DNA from: Candidatus Thorarchaeota archaeon
GTDB lineage: Archaea; Asgardarchaeota; Thorarchaeia; Thorarchaeales; Thorarchaeaceae
Assembly (NCBI GenBank): GCA_016839605.1
Contig: JAEOTX010000042.1
Location: 1 to 20,739, forward strand
Direction: 5' to 3'
Length of the DNA stretch: 20,739 bases
The notes under the pieces were generated by a model. That model was not told the DNA's origin. It saw nothing but the letters and a program-made list of their open reading frames with translations, and made no database searches. Shown here in pieces: positions 8,268 to 17,486 of the stretch. Position numbers and translations under genes: made by a program. Within the stretch, counting starts at the first letter, position 1. Every line of letters begins with the position of its first letter.

Positions 8268-8891
8268 ATGGGAGTGGACTATGTGGCTAATGAAAGCCAA
8301 GGTGATGGCCACAGTACAGAAGATCCCGTTTTGATAAGATGCACTCTGTCAAAGATAGTGTTTCCGGAGATTTGCCCGGTCTGCCTTGAAGTGCCTGAAG
8401 ACCTGGTCGCAATAACAATCCTTGAGAGACCTCTAGGAGAGAAAGGAGATGATAGGACTTACTCTATATTGAAACGTGGAACAAGCAAGACAGACATTGC
8501 TCTTGAGGCTGCTCGTGGAGCCGCTACATTGTGGGTGCCCACATGCCTCAGACACGGCAGTGGAAGTGTTCGGTCAGATAGGATACGACTGATTCCTGTA
8601 GTTGGCTTCTTTATTCTATTCTACCCCATACTATACTTCGTTTTGGCGGTCAGAAGCTCTGGTTCACTAGTTGATATAGTGGGATTAACCGCATCTGTGA
8701 CCTTACTCTTCATAACATTCCTATACGGCTACTTTCCCAGGGCACTTGAACGATATATGAGAGTCATCGAGCTGGAGTCTTCTAAGGATAGAATCTACCT
8801 GAAAGTCAAAGACCCAAATTACTTGCAGCAATTCATGAACCTCAACGAGATGCACTGTGACATAATAGACTCAATAGAAATCAGTACTTGA
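8268..8891 (+). CDS. Hypothetical membrane protein with putative Zn-binding motif (CxxC ... CxxH) and two TM helices
   Basis: FPEICPVC and WVPTCLRH, followed by two hydrophobic helices (LIPVVGFFILFYPILYFVLAV; IVGLTASVTLLFITFLYGYF); 4 bp downstream of the previous gene. Confidence 0.7.
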   Translation: MGVDYVANESQGDGHSTEDPVLIRCTLSKIVFPEICPVCLEVPEDLVAITILERPLGEKGDDRTYSILKRGTSKTDIALEAARGAATLWVPTCLRHGSGSVRSDRIRLIPVVGFFILFYPILYFVLAVRSSGSLVDIVGLTASVTLLFITFLYGYFPRALERYMRVIELESSKDRIYLKVKDPNYLQQFMNLNEMHCDIIDSIEIST

Positions 8892-8990
8892 TTCCAGAGA
8901 ATTATTGCAGGAAACCAACTAGATTGTCAATAATGCTAGTACTCGCTACCAACACCTTACAAGGAAACGGTTTTCTGTGAGTATTGTGTA

Positions 8991-10229
8991 TTGAAAGTTG
9001 GTGGTTTCGTGCTGGGTGTTGGAAGGAAGAGAAAGAGGTTCCTTCTTGCACTTGCTTTGCTGTTACTCACGCCCTTTCTAGCGACAGCTGATAACTCAAG
9101 ATTGAATGAGCGTAAAATGGAATCCATTACTCCAATAGATGATTATGCCTCTGCACAAAATGGAGAAACGGAACCGATTATTGTCGACAGTCCAGAGGAT
9201 TTTGAGAGTTATGGATTCCCTGGTGACGGGTCAGCATCTAATCCATATACGATTCAAGACCTCAACATTACATATACGCATTCGGCCTGTATTTCCATTT
9301 CAAATGTGAACGTTTGCTTCGTCATAAGCAACTGCATTCTTGAGAGCAATCGCTCTTACTACCCTATCATTTTGCTGCGGAATGTACAAAATAGCACTAT
9401 TGAAGAAAATATCATAATTGGGGGGCGTGAAGGAATTTACTGTTCAGAAACCAGGAATCTAGGGATTTTTGGAAATACCATATGTGATAGCAATAGTGGG
9501 TTGACTCTCGTTAGTTCTCTCAATATCACAGCAGTAGACAATTCTATCTATAGAAACTCCTTTGGAGTTAAGGTGGAGTCCACTTCACAATGTTTGTTCT
9601 CAACAAATAGAATCTATGGTAACAGAGAATGGGCTGGATTCCTTGTAAGCGAAACTTCTGTCTTCAACTCTTTCAATTCTAACCTCGTTGGATGGAATGT
9701 ATGGGGATCATCTTGGTCATTCAATGCTCTGGATTATGGCGGCAATAACACCTGGTTCAGTAACGCGTGGTCTGATTATACACCCCCTGGTCCATACAAC
9801 ATTAGTGGAGATGCTTATTCCCAGGACATACAACCAACCTTGCTCGTGGATGTAGAAGCACCCCAAATCAATTCTCCAGTTGATGTTGTGATGGGAGAGG
9901 GCAGTCAAGTCACTGTAAGCTGGTACCCAAGAGATGCATTTCCGTTTGAATACACACTTCTCCTAAGTGAGGAGATTACCAGCACAGGATTGTGGATAGA
10001 TGATGAAATCAGTTTCAACCTGCAATATCTAGAACCTGGTGACTACGATCTCATTATATCTATGACAGACGGATCAGGTAATGTATCTGAAGATCTCATA
10101 TTCGTATCAGTCCTCCATGTTATTCTTGGAGATATAGGAACGGAATTGGTTGCCTACGCATCAGTACTGAGCATTGTTCTCTTCCTAGTGATCTTGTGGG
10201 TAATAAAGAGAAGCCCATGGAGTCGATGA
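8991..10229 (+). CDS. Membrane-anchored surface protein with right-handed parallel beta-helix (NosD/CASH-like) and Ig-like domain
   Basis: Signal-peptide-like RKRKRFLLALALLLL, GDGSASNPYTIQDLNIT, repeated NxIxxNxxGI-type coils, many NxS/T sequons, C-terminal TM helix plus KR. The start could be TTG 8991 or a nearby GTG. Confidence 0.85.
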   Translation: MKVGGFVLGVGRKRKRFLLALALLLLTPFLATADNSRLNERKMESITPIDDYASAQNGETEPIIVDSPEDFESYGFPGDGSASNPYTIQDLNITYTHSACISISNVNVCFVISNCILESNRSYYPIILLRNVQNSTIEENIIIGGREGIYCSETRNLGIFGNTICDSNSGLTLVSSLNITAVDNSIYRNSFGVKVESTSQCLFSTNRIYGNREWAGFLVSETSVFNSFNSNLVGWNVWGSSWSFNALDYGGNNTWFSNAWSDYTPPGPYNISGDAYSQDIQPTLLVDVEAPQINSPVDVVMGEGSQVTVSWYPRDAFPFEYTLLLSEEITSTGLWIDDEISFNLQYLEPGDYDLIISMTDGSGNVSEDLIFVSVLHVILGDIGTELVAYASVLSIVLFLVILWVIKRSPWSR

Positions 10230-10299
10230 ATGCTTATTTCTCAAAGCATAAGTAAGGGAGAAATATGACACCGGGCACCATGGGAGGTCTAATGACCTA

Positions 10300-11526
10300 T
10301 TGAGTCCCAGGCAGATTATCACCCTATGCATACTTATGCTCTTAGCTGCACCTCCACTTGCGGCTGTCAGCGGTGCACTATTGAATAACAACATCTCAAG
10401 AGCAAGCATAGAAACGACTTCAACGGATCCGTCATCCTATATTGAGCATTCTGATGTACTCATCCGGAGACATGCTGACTTCATCGAGCAAGGGTGGGAG
10501 GGAAACGGCTCAATATTCAATCCTTTCGTTATCGAGAACCTAAACATTACTCTCCAAGGTCAGACCTGTATTCTCATATACAATATCACTGCCCATTTTG
10601 TGATTCGCGACTCGTATCTTGCTACTACTGGCATCATTGCTGATAACATTCAGATCATCAACTCCAGAAATGGAGTGGTGGATAACTGTACTATTACAGG
10701 GGGCAGATATGGTGTATCCATATCATCTTCCAGAGATATTACAGTGGCCAACTGTACTGTCTTTGCAGCAAGCGTGGGGATTACTGTGTCTTTTACAGAC
10801 TTTTGCTTCATCATATCGAACACAATCTACGAAACCTATAGAGGGATAAGATTCTACGACGTTACAAATGGTGCAATTGTAAGCAACAAAGTCTATCGTG
10901 CACAAGAAGGAGGCATATTGATGGGCTTTTGGACTTCAGCCAATCAGATCTTCTACAATTACATCGGCTGGAATGGGCCTGAGGGACTAACTAATCGTAA
11001 CTTCAATGCAGTAGATGATGGACAGGACAATGTGTGGGATGACAGCATCGGTTTTGGTAACTTCTGGTGGGGGTATGAGGGAGATGAAAGCTACAATATC
11101 GATGGTATTGGGGAGGCCTCCGATCGATATCCCACTTACTTCAATGACACACAACCACCCATTATTTCGAATAGAGCAGACGACTTGGTTTACGAAGATG
11201 GGGACTCGAGCAGTTTCATCATCAACTGGACAGCGCATGACTCACATCCCTATAGGTACGAGATCAGAAGAGATGGGAGTGTGATAGAATCAGATGTCTG
11301 GCACCTTCAAAGTCTGAGTCTGGACGTAGGAGGGCTTGATGAAGGTGTCTATAACTTCACCATCAATTTCATAGATGGGAGTGGTAATAGGGGCTCAGAC
11401 TCCCTAATAGTCTACGTCATTTTGTACATCTTGGGGGATATCGGGACCGACTTAGTCTGGTTTTCCTCAATCATAGCTGTCTTCGTTGTCATGACAGCGA
11501 TTGTCTTAATGCGGAAGTTCAGATGA
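10300..11526 (+). CDS. Membrane-anchored surface protein with right-handed parallel beta-helix (NosD/CASH-like) and Ig-like domain; paralog of the upstream gene
   Basis: Signal peptide, GNGSIFNPFVIENLNIT, beta-helix coils, GNFW...DRYP, GLDEGVYNFTI...DGSGN, C-terminal TM helix plus RKFR. Confidence 0.85.
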   Translation: MSPRQIITLCILMLLAAPPLAAVSGALLNNNISRASIETTSTDPSSYIEHSDVLIRRHADFIEQGWEGNGSIFNPFVIENLNITLQGQTCILIYNITAHFVIRDSYLATTGIIADNIQIINSRNGVVDNCTITGGRYGVSISSSRDITVANCTVFAASVGITVSFTDFCFIISNTIYETYRGIRFYDVTNGAIVSNKVYRAQEGGILMGFWTSANQIFYNYIGWNGPEGLTNRNFNAVDDGQDNVWDDSIGFGNFWWGYEGDESYNIDGIGEASDRYPTYFNDTQPPIISNRADDLVYEDGDSSSFIINWTAHDSHPYRYEIRRDGSVIESDVWHLQSLSLDVGGLDEGVYNFTINFIDGSGNRGSDSLIVYVILYILGDIGTDLVWFSSIIAVFVVMTAIVLMRKFR

Positions 11527-11574
11527 TTGTATAGAAGCGAAACTTAGTGGAGCTTTTTCGAAGGTCAGGCCATC

Positions 11575-11628
11575 AAATACTTAAGCAGGGCAAAGCGAGC
11601 CACCCTTGAAACTTCCCGATGTAGGTGA
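11575..11628 (+). promoter_or_regulatory. Putative TATA-like promoter (AAATACTTAAG, 11575-11585) and SD (AGGTGA, 11623-11628) of the por operon
   Basis: AT-rich box upstream of the operon. The same ACTTAAG core occurs ~30 nt before the GDPD start (17454-17460). The archaeal-type SD lies 9 nt before ATG 11638. Confidence 0.45.
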
Positions 11629-11637
11629 AGATTTACA

Positions 11638-12213
11638 ATGGCACTTGACTTCGCAAAAGGAATCACCGAGTTCCGCTGGCATGGCCGAGGTGGCCAAGGT
11701 GTAGTCACCTCGAACCAGATGCTCGGAAAGGCTGCTCTCGCAGAAGGCAACTATATACAAGCCTTCCCCGAGTTTGGGCCAGAGCGGACCGGAGCCCCAG
11801 TGCGGGCGTTTTTGAGAATCAGCAAGAAACCCATCCAGGTCTACGCACAGGTCTATAGTCCGGATATAGTGGTGTGTATCGACCCAACTCTGCTTGATGT
11901 TGTGAACCCTTCAGAGGGTCTCAAAGAGGATGGTACTCTTGTCCTTAACACAACAATGACCCCCGATGAGGTGCGTGCCAAATACGGCTTCAAGGGTGGC
12001 AAAGTGGTCACAGTTAATGCCACATCAATCGCCATGGAGATTCTTGGCAGACCTTTCTACAACATGCCGACGATGGCTGCGGCTGTGAAGGCCTCAGGAG
12101 TTGTTAAGATTGAAACTGTCATCGAAGAGGTCCAGGAGAGATATCCGGGCAAAGTTGGTGATTTGAACAAGGCAGCTATGGAGAGGGCGGTAGAGGAGGC
12201 AAAGATAGGATGA
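11638..12213 (+). CDS. porC: Pyruvate/2-ketoisovalerate:ferredoxin oxidoreductase gamma subunit
   Basis: EFRWHGRGGQGVVT, QAFPEFGPERTGAPVRAFLRIS, PDIVVCIDPTLL, VNATSIAMEILGRPFYN. Confidence 0.93.
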   Translation: MALDFAKGITEFRWHGRGGQGVVTSNQMLGKAALAEGNYIQAFPEFGPERTGAPVRAFLRISKKPIQVYAQVYSPDIVVCIDPTLLDVVNPSEGLKEDGTLVLNTTMTPDEVRAKYGFKGGKVVTVNATSIAMEILGRPFYNMPTMAAAVKASGVVKIETVIEEVQERYPGKVGDLNKAAMERAVEEAKIG

Positions 12214-12506
12214 GCGAGAAGTATAATGAGATTCCAATGGCTGGCAACATCATTGAGCCAGGTAATTCAAAGAAATACCTGACCGGAGGATGGCGCGCAC
12301 AGCGTCCGATTCACAATCCGGCAGAGTGCCTCTGGATTAAGAATGGTGCCTGCGGACGCTGCTGGATCTTCTGTCCTGATATGGCCATTAGGCTAGTCGA
12401 GAAAGATGGAGTTCGTTCCTACGAGTTCGACTACGACTACTGCAAAGGCTGCGGCATCTGCTCGAACGAATGTCCTACCAGTAGTATAACCATGGAGGGC
12501 GAGTGA
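12210..12506 (+). CDS. porD: Pyruvate/2-ketoisovalerate:ferredoxin oxidoreductase delta subunit (2x[4Fe-4S])
   Basis: TGGWRAQRP, CGRCWIFCPD, DYDYCKGCGICSNECP; ATGA overlap with porC. Confidence 0.93.
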   Translation: MSEKYNEIPMAGNIIEPGNSKKYLTGGWRAQRPIHNPAECLWIKNGACGRCWIFCPDMAIRLVEKDGVRSYEFDYDYCKGCGICSNECPTSSITMEGE

Positions 12507-12507
12507 G

Positions 12508-13713
12508 ATGACGTCGGTAGAGAAAGTACCTCAAGACAAGATCACTATCGAGGGGCTTACCGGTGACGCAGCAATCGCTCACGCATTGAAGCAAAGCGAT
12601 GTCGACGTTTTAGCGGCGTATCCCATCACTCCTCAGACAATCATTGTCGAAGACTTTCAGAAGTTCGCTGCAGATGGTGAGGTTCAGACTAGAGTCATTC
12701 CAGTAGAGTCTGAACACAGTGCAATGTCTGCGTGTATTGGGGCTTCTGCAGTGGGTGCACGAGTAGCTACTGCATCAGCATCTGCTGGTCTTGCCTTGAT
12801 GTGGGAGATTCTATATTGTGCAGCCTCCATGAGGATGCCCATTGTTTTCACAGTAGCAAATCGAGCCTTGTCCGCACCCATCAATATTCACAACGACCAC
12901 TCGGACGGAATGGGAATGCGTGATAGTGGATTCATCCAGCTCTATTGCCAAAGCTCTCAGGAAGCCTATGACACAACCATCATGGCCTTCAAACTTGCTG
13001 AAGACCATGGAGTGCTTCTCCCTGTGATGGTAGGCATTGATGGATTCATTCTCAGTCATAATGTCGAGAGGGTTGAGATGCTTCCAGATGATGCAGTACA
13101 AAAGTTTCTTGGAGTAAGAGTACCTGTTCAACCACTTGATCCCAAAAATCCGATTACTATGGGACCATTAGCTTTGACCGACTACTACTTCGAGTTCAAG
13201 GAACAACAGGACGAAGCAATCTGGAATGTGCCAAAGATCTACAAACAGGTCGAGGCCGAGTTCAAGAAAATGACCGGCCGGTCATATGGAATGTTCGAGG
13301 AGTACAAGACTAAGGACGCTGAGATCATCATCCTTGCTATGAGCACAATGGGTGGAACCGCTAAGGCTGTTGCAGACGTCCTACGAGAGAAGGGAGAGAA
13401 GGTGGGAGTCATCCGCCTTAAGATGTTCCGACCCTTCCCGGCTAAGGAGATTGCAAAAGCAGTCAGTGGTGCCAAAGCAGTAATGATCTTCGAGAAAGCG
13501 ATGTCCTTTGGTGCTGTCACGAGTCCTCTTGCCATGGAGGTCAAAAGCGCTCTATACGATTTGGAGAAGAAACCTATGGTTGTAGACTTTGTCGTTGGCC
13601 TGGGCGGTAGAGACGTTCCACCGACCACTTTCGTTGAGGGTTATGAGAAGACCAAGAAGTACGTGGAGAAAGGAAAGGCTCCATTGTACGAAACACTGGG
13701 GGTGCGCAAATAA
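12508..13713 (+). CDS. porA: Pyruvate/2-ketoisovalerate:ferredoxin oxidoreductase alpha subunit
   Basis: AAYPITPQT, VESEHSAMSACIGA, NRALSAPINIHNDHSD, DGFILSH, FRPFP, GLGGRDV. Confidence 0.95.
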   Translation: MTSVEKVPQDKITIEGLTGDAAIAHALKQSDVDVLAAYPITPQTIIVEDFQKFAADGEVQTRVIPVESEHSAMSACIGASAVGARVATASASAGLALMWEILYCAASMRMPIVFTVANRALSAPINIHNDHSDGMGMRDSGFIQLYCQSSQEAYDTTIMAFKLAEDHGVLLPVMVGIDGFILSHNVERVEMLPDDAVQKFLGVRVPVQPLDPKNPITMGPLALTDYYFEFKEQQDEAIWNVPKIYKQVEAEFKKMTGRSYGMFEEYKTKDAEIIILAMSTMGGTAKAVADVLREKGEKVGVIRLKMFRPFPAKEIAKAVSGAKAVMIFEKAMSFGAVTSPLAMEVKSALYDLEKKPMVVDFVVGLGGRDVPPTTFVEGYEKTKKYVEKGKAPLYETLGVRK

Positions 13714-14663
13714 TGGAGAAGGCAGCAGTATCAATTAAAGATATGCTAAAGAAAGACCAGATTTTATCCGCTGGACATAGGATGTGTGCCGGATGTGCAG
13801 CACCAACAATTGTGAAGCTCATGGGCATGGCTCTTCGAGGACCCACCATCGTCTGTGAGAACACAGGCTGTCTTGAGGTCGCGACCACTATCTACCCCTA
13901 TACGGCATGGGAAATCCCATGGATCCACGTAGCTTTCGAAAATGCCGCAGCTGTAGCCTCGGGAGTGGTTGAAGCTATGGACGTAATGAGGGAGAAAGGT
14001 CGTTCTGAGGACGAACATGTTGACGTTATCGCTATTGGCGGAGACGGATCATCGTTTGACATCGGATTTGGTGCAATCAGTGGAATGCTAGAGAGAGGCC
14101 ATGATATCGTCTACATGGTCTATGATAATGGCGCTTACCAAAACACTGGAATCCAGAGGTCTGGAGCTACATTACCAGGCCAAGAGACCACAACCTCATG
14201 GGCCGGTAAAGTCGAACCGGGTAAGAGGCAGCGCAAGAAACCCCTAGCTGAAATTGTCGCAGCTCACAAGATACCCTATGTGGCCACAGTCGACCCATAC
14301 CACTATCGTGATTTTATCAAGAAGTTCAGAAAAGCCCTGGAGGTGGAAGGACCAGCATTCATCCATGCCTTTTCTCCATGCCCACGGGGTTGGAGGTCCC
14401 AGACGGGCAAGAGCATAGAGCTTTCCAAGTTGGCTGTCGAAACAGGCATCCACCCTCTTTTCGAGGTCATTGATGGGGAGGAGTGGATCATGTCAAGCCC
14501 CAGCAAGAATCTGAAGGAGCTCAAACCACTTGATGAGTATTGGGCAACCCAGGGTCAGTTCAGACATCTGAAGGACCCGAAGTGGGATGACTTCAAGAAG
14601 CAGATTCGGGACCAAGTCAGCCATGATTGGGAACTCTTGAGAAAGCGATGTGGTCTTGAGTAA
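13713..14663 (+). CDS. porB: Pyruvate/2-ketoisovalerate:ferredoxin oxidoreductase beta subunit (ThDP-binding)
   Basis: GHRMCAGC, TGCLEV, HVAFENAAAVASG, GGDG...DIG, DNGAYQNTGIQRSGAT, SPCPRGW; TAATG overlap with porA. Confidence 0.95.
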   Translation: MEKAAVSIKDMLKKDQILSAGHRMCAGCAAPTIVKLMGMALRGPTIVCENTGCLEVATTIYPYTAWEIPWIHVAFENAAAVASGVVEAMDVMREKGRSEDEHVDVIAIGGDGSSFDIGFGAISGMLERGHDIVYMVYDNGAYQNTGIQRSGATLPGQETTTSWAGKVEPGKRQRKKPLAEIVAAHKIPYVATVDPYHYRDFIKKFRKALEVEGPAFIHAFSPCPRGWRSQTGKSIELSKLAVETGIHPLFEVIDGEEWIMSSPSKNLKELKPLDEYWATQGQFRHLKDPKWDDFKKQIRDQVSHDWELLRKRCGLE

Positions 14664-14665
14664 GT

Positions 14666-14715
14666 AGAAGTGCGACGGGGGGACTCCTCCAGTCGAACTT
14701 CTTCTTTTTTATTTT
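14666..14715 (+). terminator. Hairpin plus T-tract terminator after porB
   Basis: AGAAGT (14666-71) pairs with ACTTCT (14697-702), with inner CGAC/GTCG and GGGGG/CCTCC stems, followed by TCTTTTTTATTTT; lies between convergent genes. Confidence 0.7.
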
Positions 14716-16158
14716 CTAACCCATACCCACAAGAGCATGAAGCAGGCTGACAAGCCATAGATAGATAGATTCTCCAAAAAACAGGAGAAGTAGTAAAGCA
14801 GTCCATCCGAATATCGCATAGCCTGCTGCTAGCCAGCGGCTTCTTGTCTTTGAGAATCGTCTCTTGACGGATCTCATCTCATTTACCCTTTGCTCATAAA
14901 AGAGGATTAGACCGTTGTTAGTGATTGTGAGGACATCCTCATATTGGGATACTAATCCGCTTCTCTTTGCAATTTGTATATGCTTGGACAATCCCTTCTT
15001 CTCAAGATCTTTGAAACCAATCACAGCATGGACATCGAAATACCGATAGCCCAAATTTACACCCTTGAGAAACCTCTTGGTCAATTCTTCTTCAGTTGAT
15101 GGGCTACGAGCAAGCTTGGATAAAATCCAGTGAGTAATAAGATCATCATATTGATCGCTTGCAGCGAGATGAATTGTGTCCACACTAAGATTATCTCCAG
15201 CTTCGAGAAGCTCTCTCAATGCCTCAATTCCCTCCCACACCACTACAAGAGCAATGAGGATGGCAACAATGGAATCAACAACATGAATGCCAACTTCTGC
15301 AAAGAGTAAGCCAACCAATACGCCGCACCCGATACGAATGTGGGTTCCATCTTCCTTAGCATCGCTGATAAGTGCGAGATTCCCAGTCATCCTTCCTACA
15401 AGAGTCTTGTACCAAATCATACCCAGGTTCATCACTATGGAAACAATAGTGACAAGATACCCCCAATAACTCGTTGTGATTACCTCTGGTGATAGTAAAC
15501 TGATGAAAGCGTTGAAACCAAGCAAGGTGCCTGAAACCAGCATGAAGACCATAATGGCAATTGCACCAATCCTATCCTTTTCGTATTTCAGACTGAGAGC
15601 AATGATTCCAACTACGATGAGGTCAGTCAGGTTCTCAAAGCCATCTGTGACCATAGCGTGGCTTGATATACCAAAGCCAACCCATAGCTTCACCAATACA
15701 AGAGTTACAAGGACCACTGCGGAAGCAATAACCGCATTCCTTTCTGTGAGAAAACGCCTCATCCAAAATCCCTCATGTAGAAGATGCATTCTTGCTACAC
15801 GAAGCAGATCCAATCCCTTTAGGGAGAGGGATAATCTTCCGTTTGCTTGGACTATTAATCCCTCATTCGAGCCATGTTGTATGGCAACATCTATGTCAAC
15901 AGGCGAAATGGTCATTCGCCCGAGTCTCACAACAAACATTGAATCCAAGTGCTTGTATAGGGTAGACTGTGTGTCATTTCCCTCATAGATAGAGCAGAGC
16001 ACAGCATATAGCAGGGTCTGGGGAGGGTCACCTCGCATTGTCTTTGTAAGGTCATACTCCTTGCTAGGAGACCGACGATCGCGTATGCCTCTCCTTATCT
16101 CATCTTCAGAGAATTCCCACAAATCCTCTATGCGTTTGGTTGAAAGTGGGTCAGTCAA
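14716..16158 (-). CDS. Cation diffusion facilitator (CDF) TM domain flanked by two winged-helix-like soluble domains
   Basis: CDF core: VKLWVGFGISSHAMVTDGFENLTD, NLALISDAKEDGTH, VDSIVAILIALVVVWEG. Both flanks end in wHTH wing-like motifs (GLIVQANGRLSLSLKG; GLVSQYEDVLTITNNG). Extra C-terminal TM helix; TTG start behind GAGGAG. Confidence 0.75.
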   Translation of the reverse strand: MTDPLSTKRIEDLWEFSEDEIRRGIRDRRSPSKEYDLTKTMRGDPPQTLLYAVLCSIYEGNDTQSTLYKHLDSMFVVRLGRMTISPVDIDVAIQHGSNEGLIVQANGRLSLSLKGLDLLRVARMHLLHEGFWMRRFLTERNAVIASAVVLVTLVLVKLWVGFGISSHAMVTDGFENLTDLIVVGIIALSLKYEKDRIGAIAIMVFMLVSGTLLGFNAFISLLSPEVITTSYWGYLVTIVSIVMNLGMIWYKTLVGRMTGNLALISDAKEDGTHIRIGCGVLVGLLFAEVGIHVVDSIVAILIALVVVWEGIEALRELLEAGDNLSVDTIHLAASDQYDDLITHWILSKLARSPSTEEELTKRFLKGVNLGYRYFDVHAVIGFKDLEKKGLSKHIQIAKRSGLVSQYEDVLTITNNGLILFYEQRVNEMRSVKRRFSKTRSRWLAAGYAIFGWTALLLLLFFGESIYLWLVSLLHALVGMG

Positions 16159-16229
16159 AAGGCGCTCCTCAAACTTAGATGAGTCTAACTTTTCTTATAA
16201 ACTTCATCACTGAAAATTGATTCCAAATA

Positions 16230-17315
16230 TCATGTTAGATCAGAAGGATCTATGCCTCGCGAGAAAGCTTTGAGAATACCCCAATCCACCAATGACTCCG
16301 GAGGTGTGTCTCTCTCCTCTTGGTCACGTGACACCAGATGCAAGGCGTTCTCTGGACAGCTGATTGAACAGACACCGCATCCTATACAACGGTCGGTGAT
16401 GACCTGACAGACATCATCCGGAATTATCAATGCCTTGACGGGGCAGCGGTCTAAACATGATTCACATCCGGTACAGAGATCAGATTTTACAGCTGCTAGG
16501 AAGTTTGAGCGTACGAATGCATAGGGCTGCTCCCATTTGGAGAGGCCTCTCAAAGGTAAGCAGCAGCAAGAACAGCAGTTGCAGATGTATAGGTGATCCT
16601 TTTGCGTATTCATAGAACAGTGAACGAGTCCTGACTCTTCAGCCTGACGCAATATCGCGAGAGCTTCATCTTTTGTTACTGGTTTGGTCAGATTATCGTC
16701 TTCAAACACATTCTTCTTGCGTGGATGAAGCTGGATGCATTTCGACACTCCATGTTTACAGGGATTTCCAAGCAGTCCCTGATGCTTCTTGCAGATACAT
16801 TCTCGCACTCCCCATGACATTGAACTCTCAATCATCTGTTCAGCCATTTCGTATGGATAAATCTCCAATTCAGTACTAATAGTCCGATGAATCGGAATCA
16901 CTTTGAACAGAGCGGGCTCAGTGCCCCACAGTCCTTGGAACCTGCTGCTATCCAAGTAGTCCTCAACGAGCTGGGCATATTCGCTGTCCATGCGATGTAA
17001 CTGTTCATCGTGAATACCAACTATGACAGGTATGAGTGCGAATCTTTTGCCCGTACTTGAATTCCATGCTCGTATCTGCCCCTTTTCAGCCATCTCTTCA
17101 AGTCGGTCTTCTAACCCATCTGTATAGATCCCAAGTCGATCTGCAAGTTCATCAATAGTTTCACCACGTAGTTTCATGTTGCTTGCCAGTATAGCTTCTT
17201 CGGGGGTGAAGATCCATTCCAGCAATCTTAGATGACTGCCGTCTTCTGTTGCAGTGAAGCTGTTGGGAATCTTATCCAATGTCGCAGCGAGTTGTTCATA
17301 GGGATCCGTTGGCAT
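16230..17315 (-). CDS. 4Fe-4S dicluster-domain iron-sulfur protein with N-terminal HTH-like region
   Basis: FTPEEAILA...LEEMAEKGQI, RECIC, GLVH...ICNCCSCCC, CTGCESCLDRCP, CIGCGVCSISCP; AGGAGG before the ATG. Confidence 0.85.
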   Translation of the reverse strand: MPTDPYEQLAATLDKIPNSFTATEDGSHLRLLEWIFTPEEAILASNMKLRGETIDELADRLGIYTDGLEDRLEEMAEKGQIRAWNSSTGKRFALIPVIVGIHDEQLHRMDSEYAQLVEDYLDSSRFQGLWGTEPALFKVIPIHRTISTELEIYPYEMAEQMIESSMSWGVRECICKKHQGLLGNPCKHGVSKCIQLHPRKKNVFEDDNLTKPVTKDEALAILRQAEESGLVHCSMNTQKDHLYICNCCSCCCLPLRGLSKWEQPYAFVRSNFLAAVKSDLCTGCESCLDRCPVKALIIPDDVCQVITDRCIGCGVCSISCPENALHLVSRDQEERDTPPESLVDWGILKAFSRGIDPSDLT

Positions 17316-17486
17316 GCGGCATTCCTCCTTCCTCTACATATTAGTTCAACTGTAATCTAGTATCATATCACATTCTCAATATATGGGATTTGCCAAGATA
17401 TTGGTAGATAAGCCAAGAGAATACAGGGAACCTCCTTTGGGTGAGAAGACACAACTTAAGGAGTGGTTTAGACATAATCAAGGCTG

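Noticed and set aside
8991-11526. Calling the beta-helix proteins true NosD (nitrous oxide reductase accessory proteins)
   Set aside because: No nos genes are nearby, and the Ig + TM anchor architecture indicates generic surface proteins sharing the fold.
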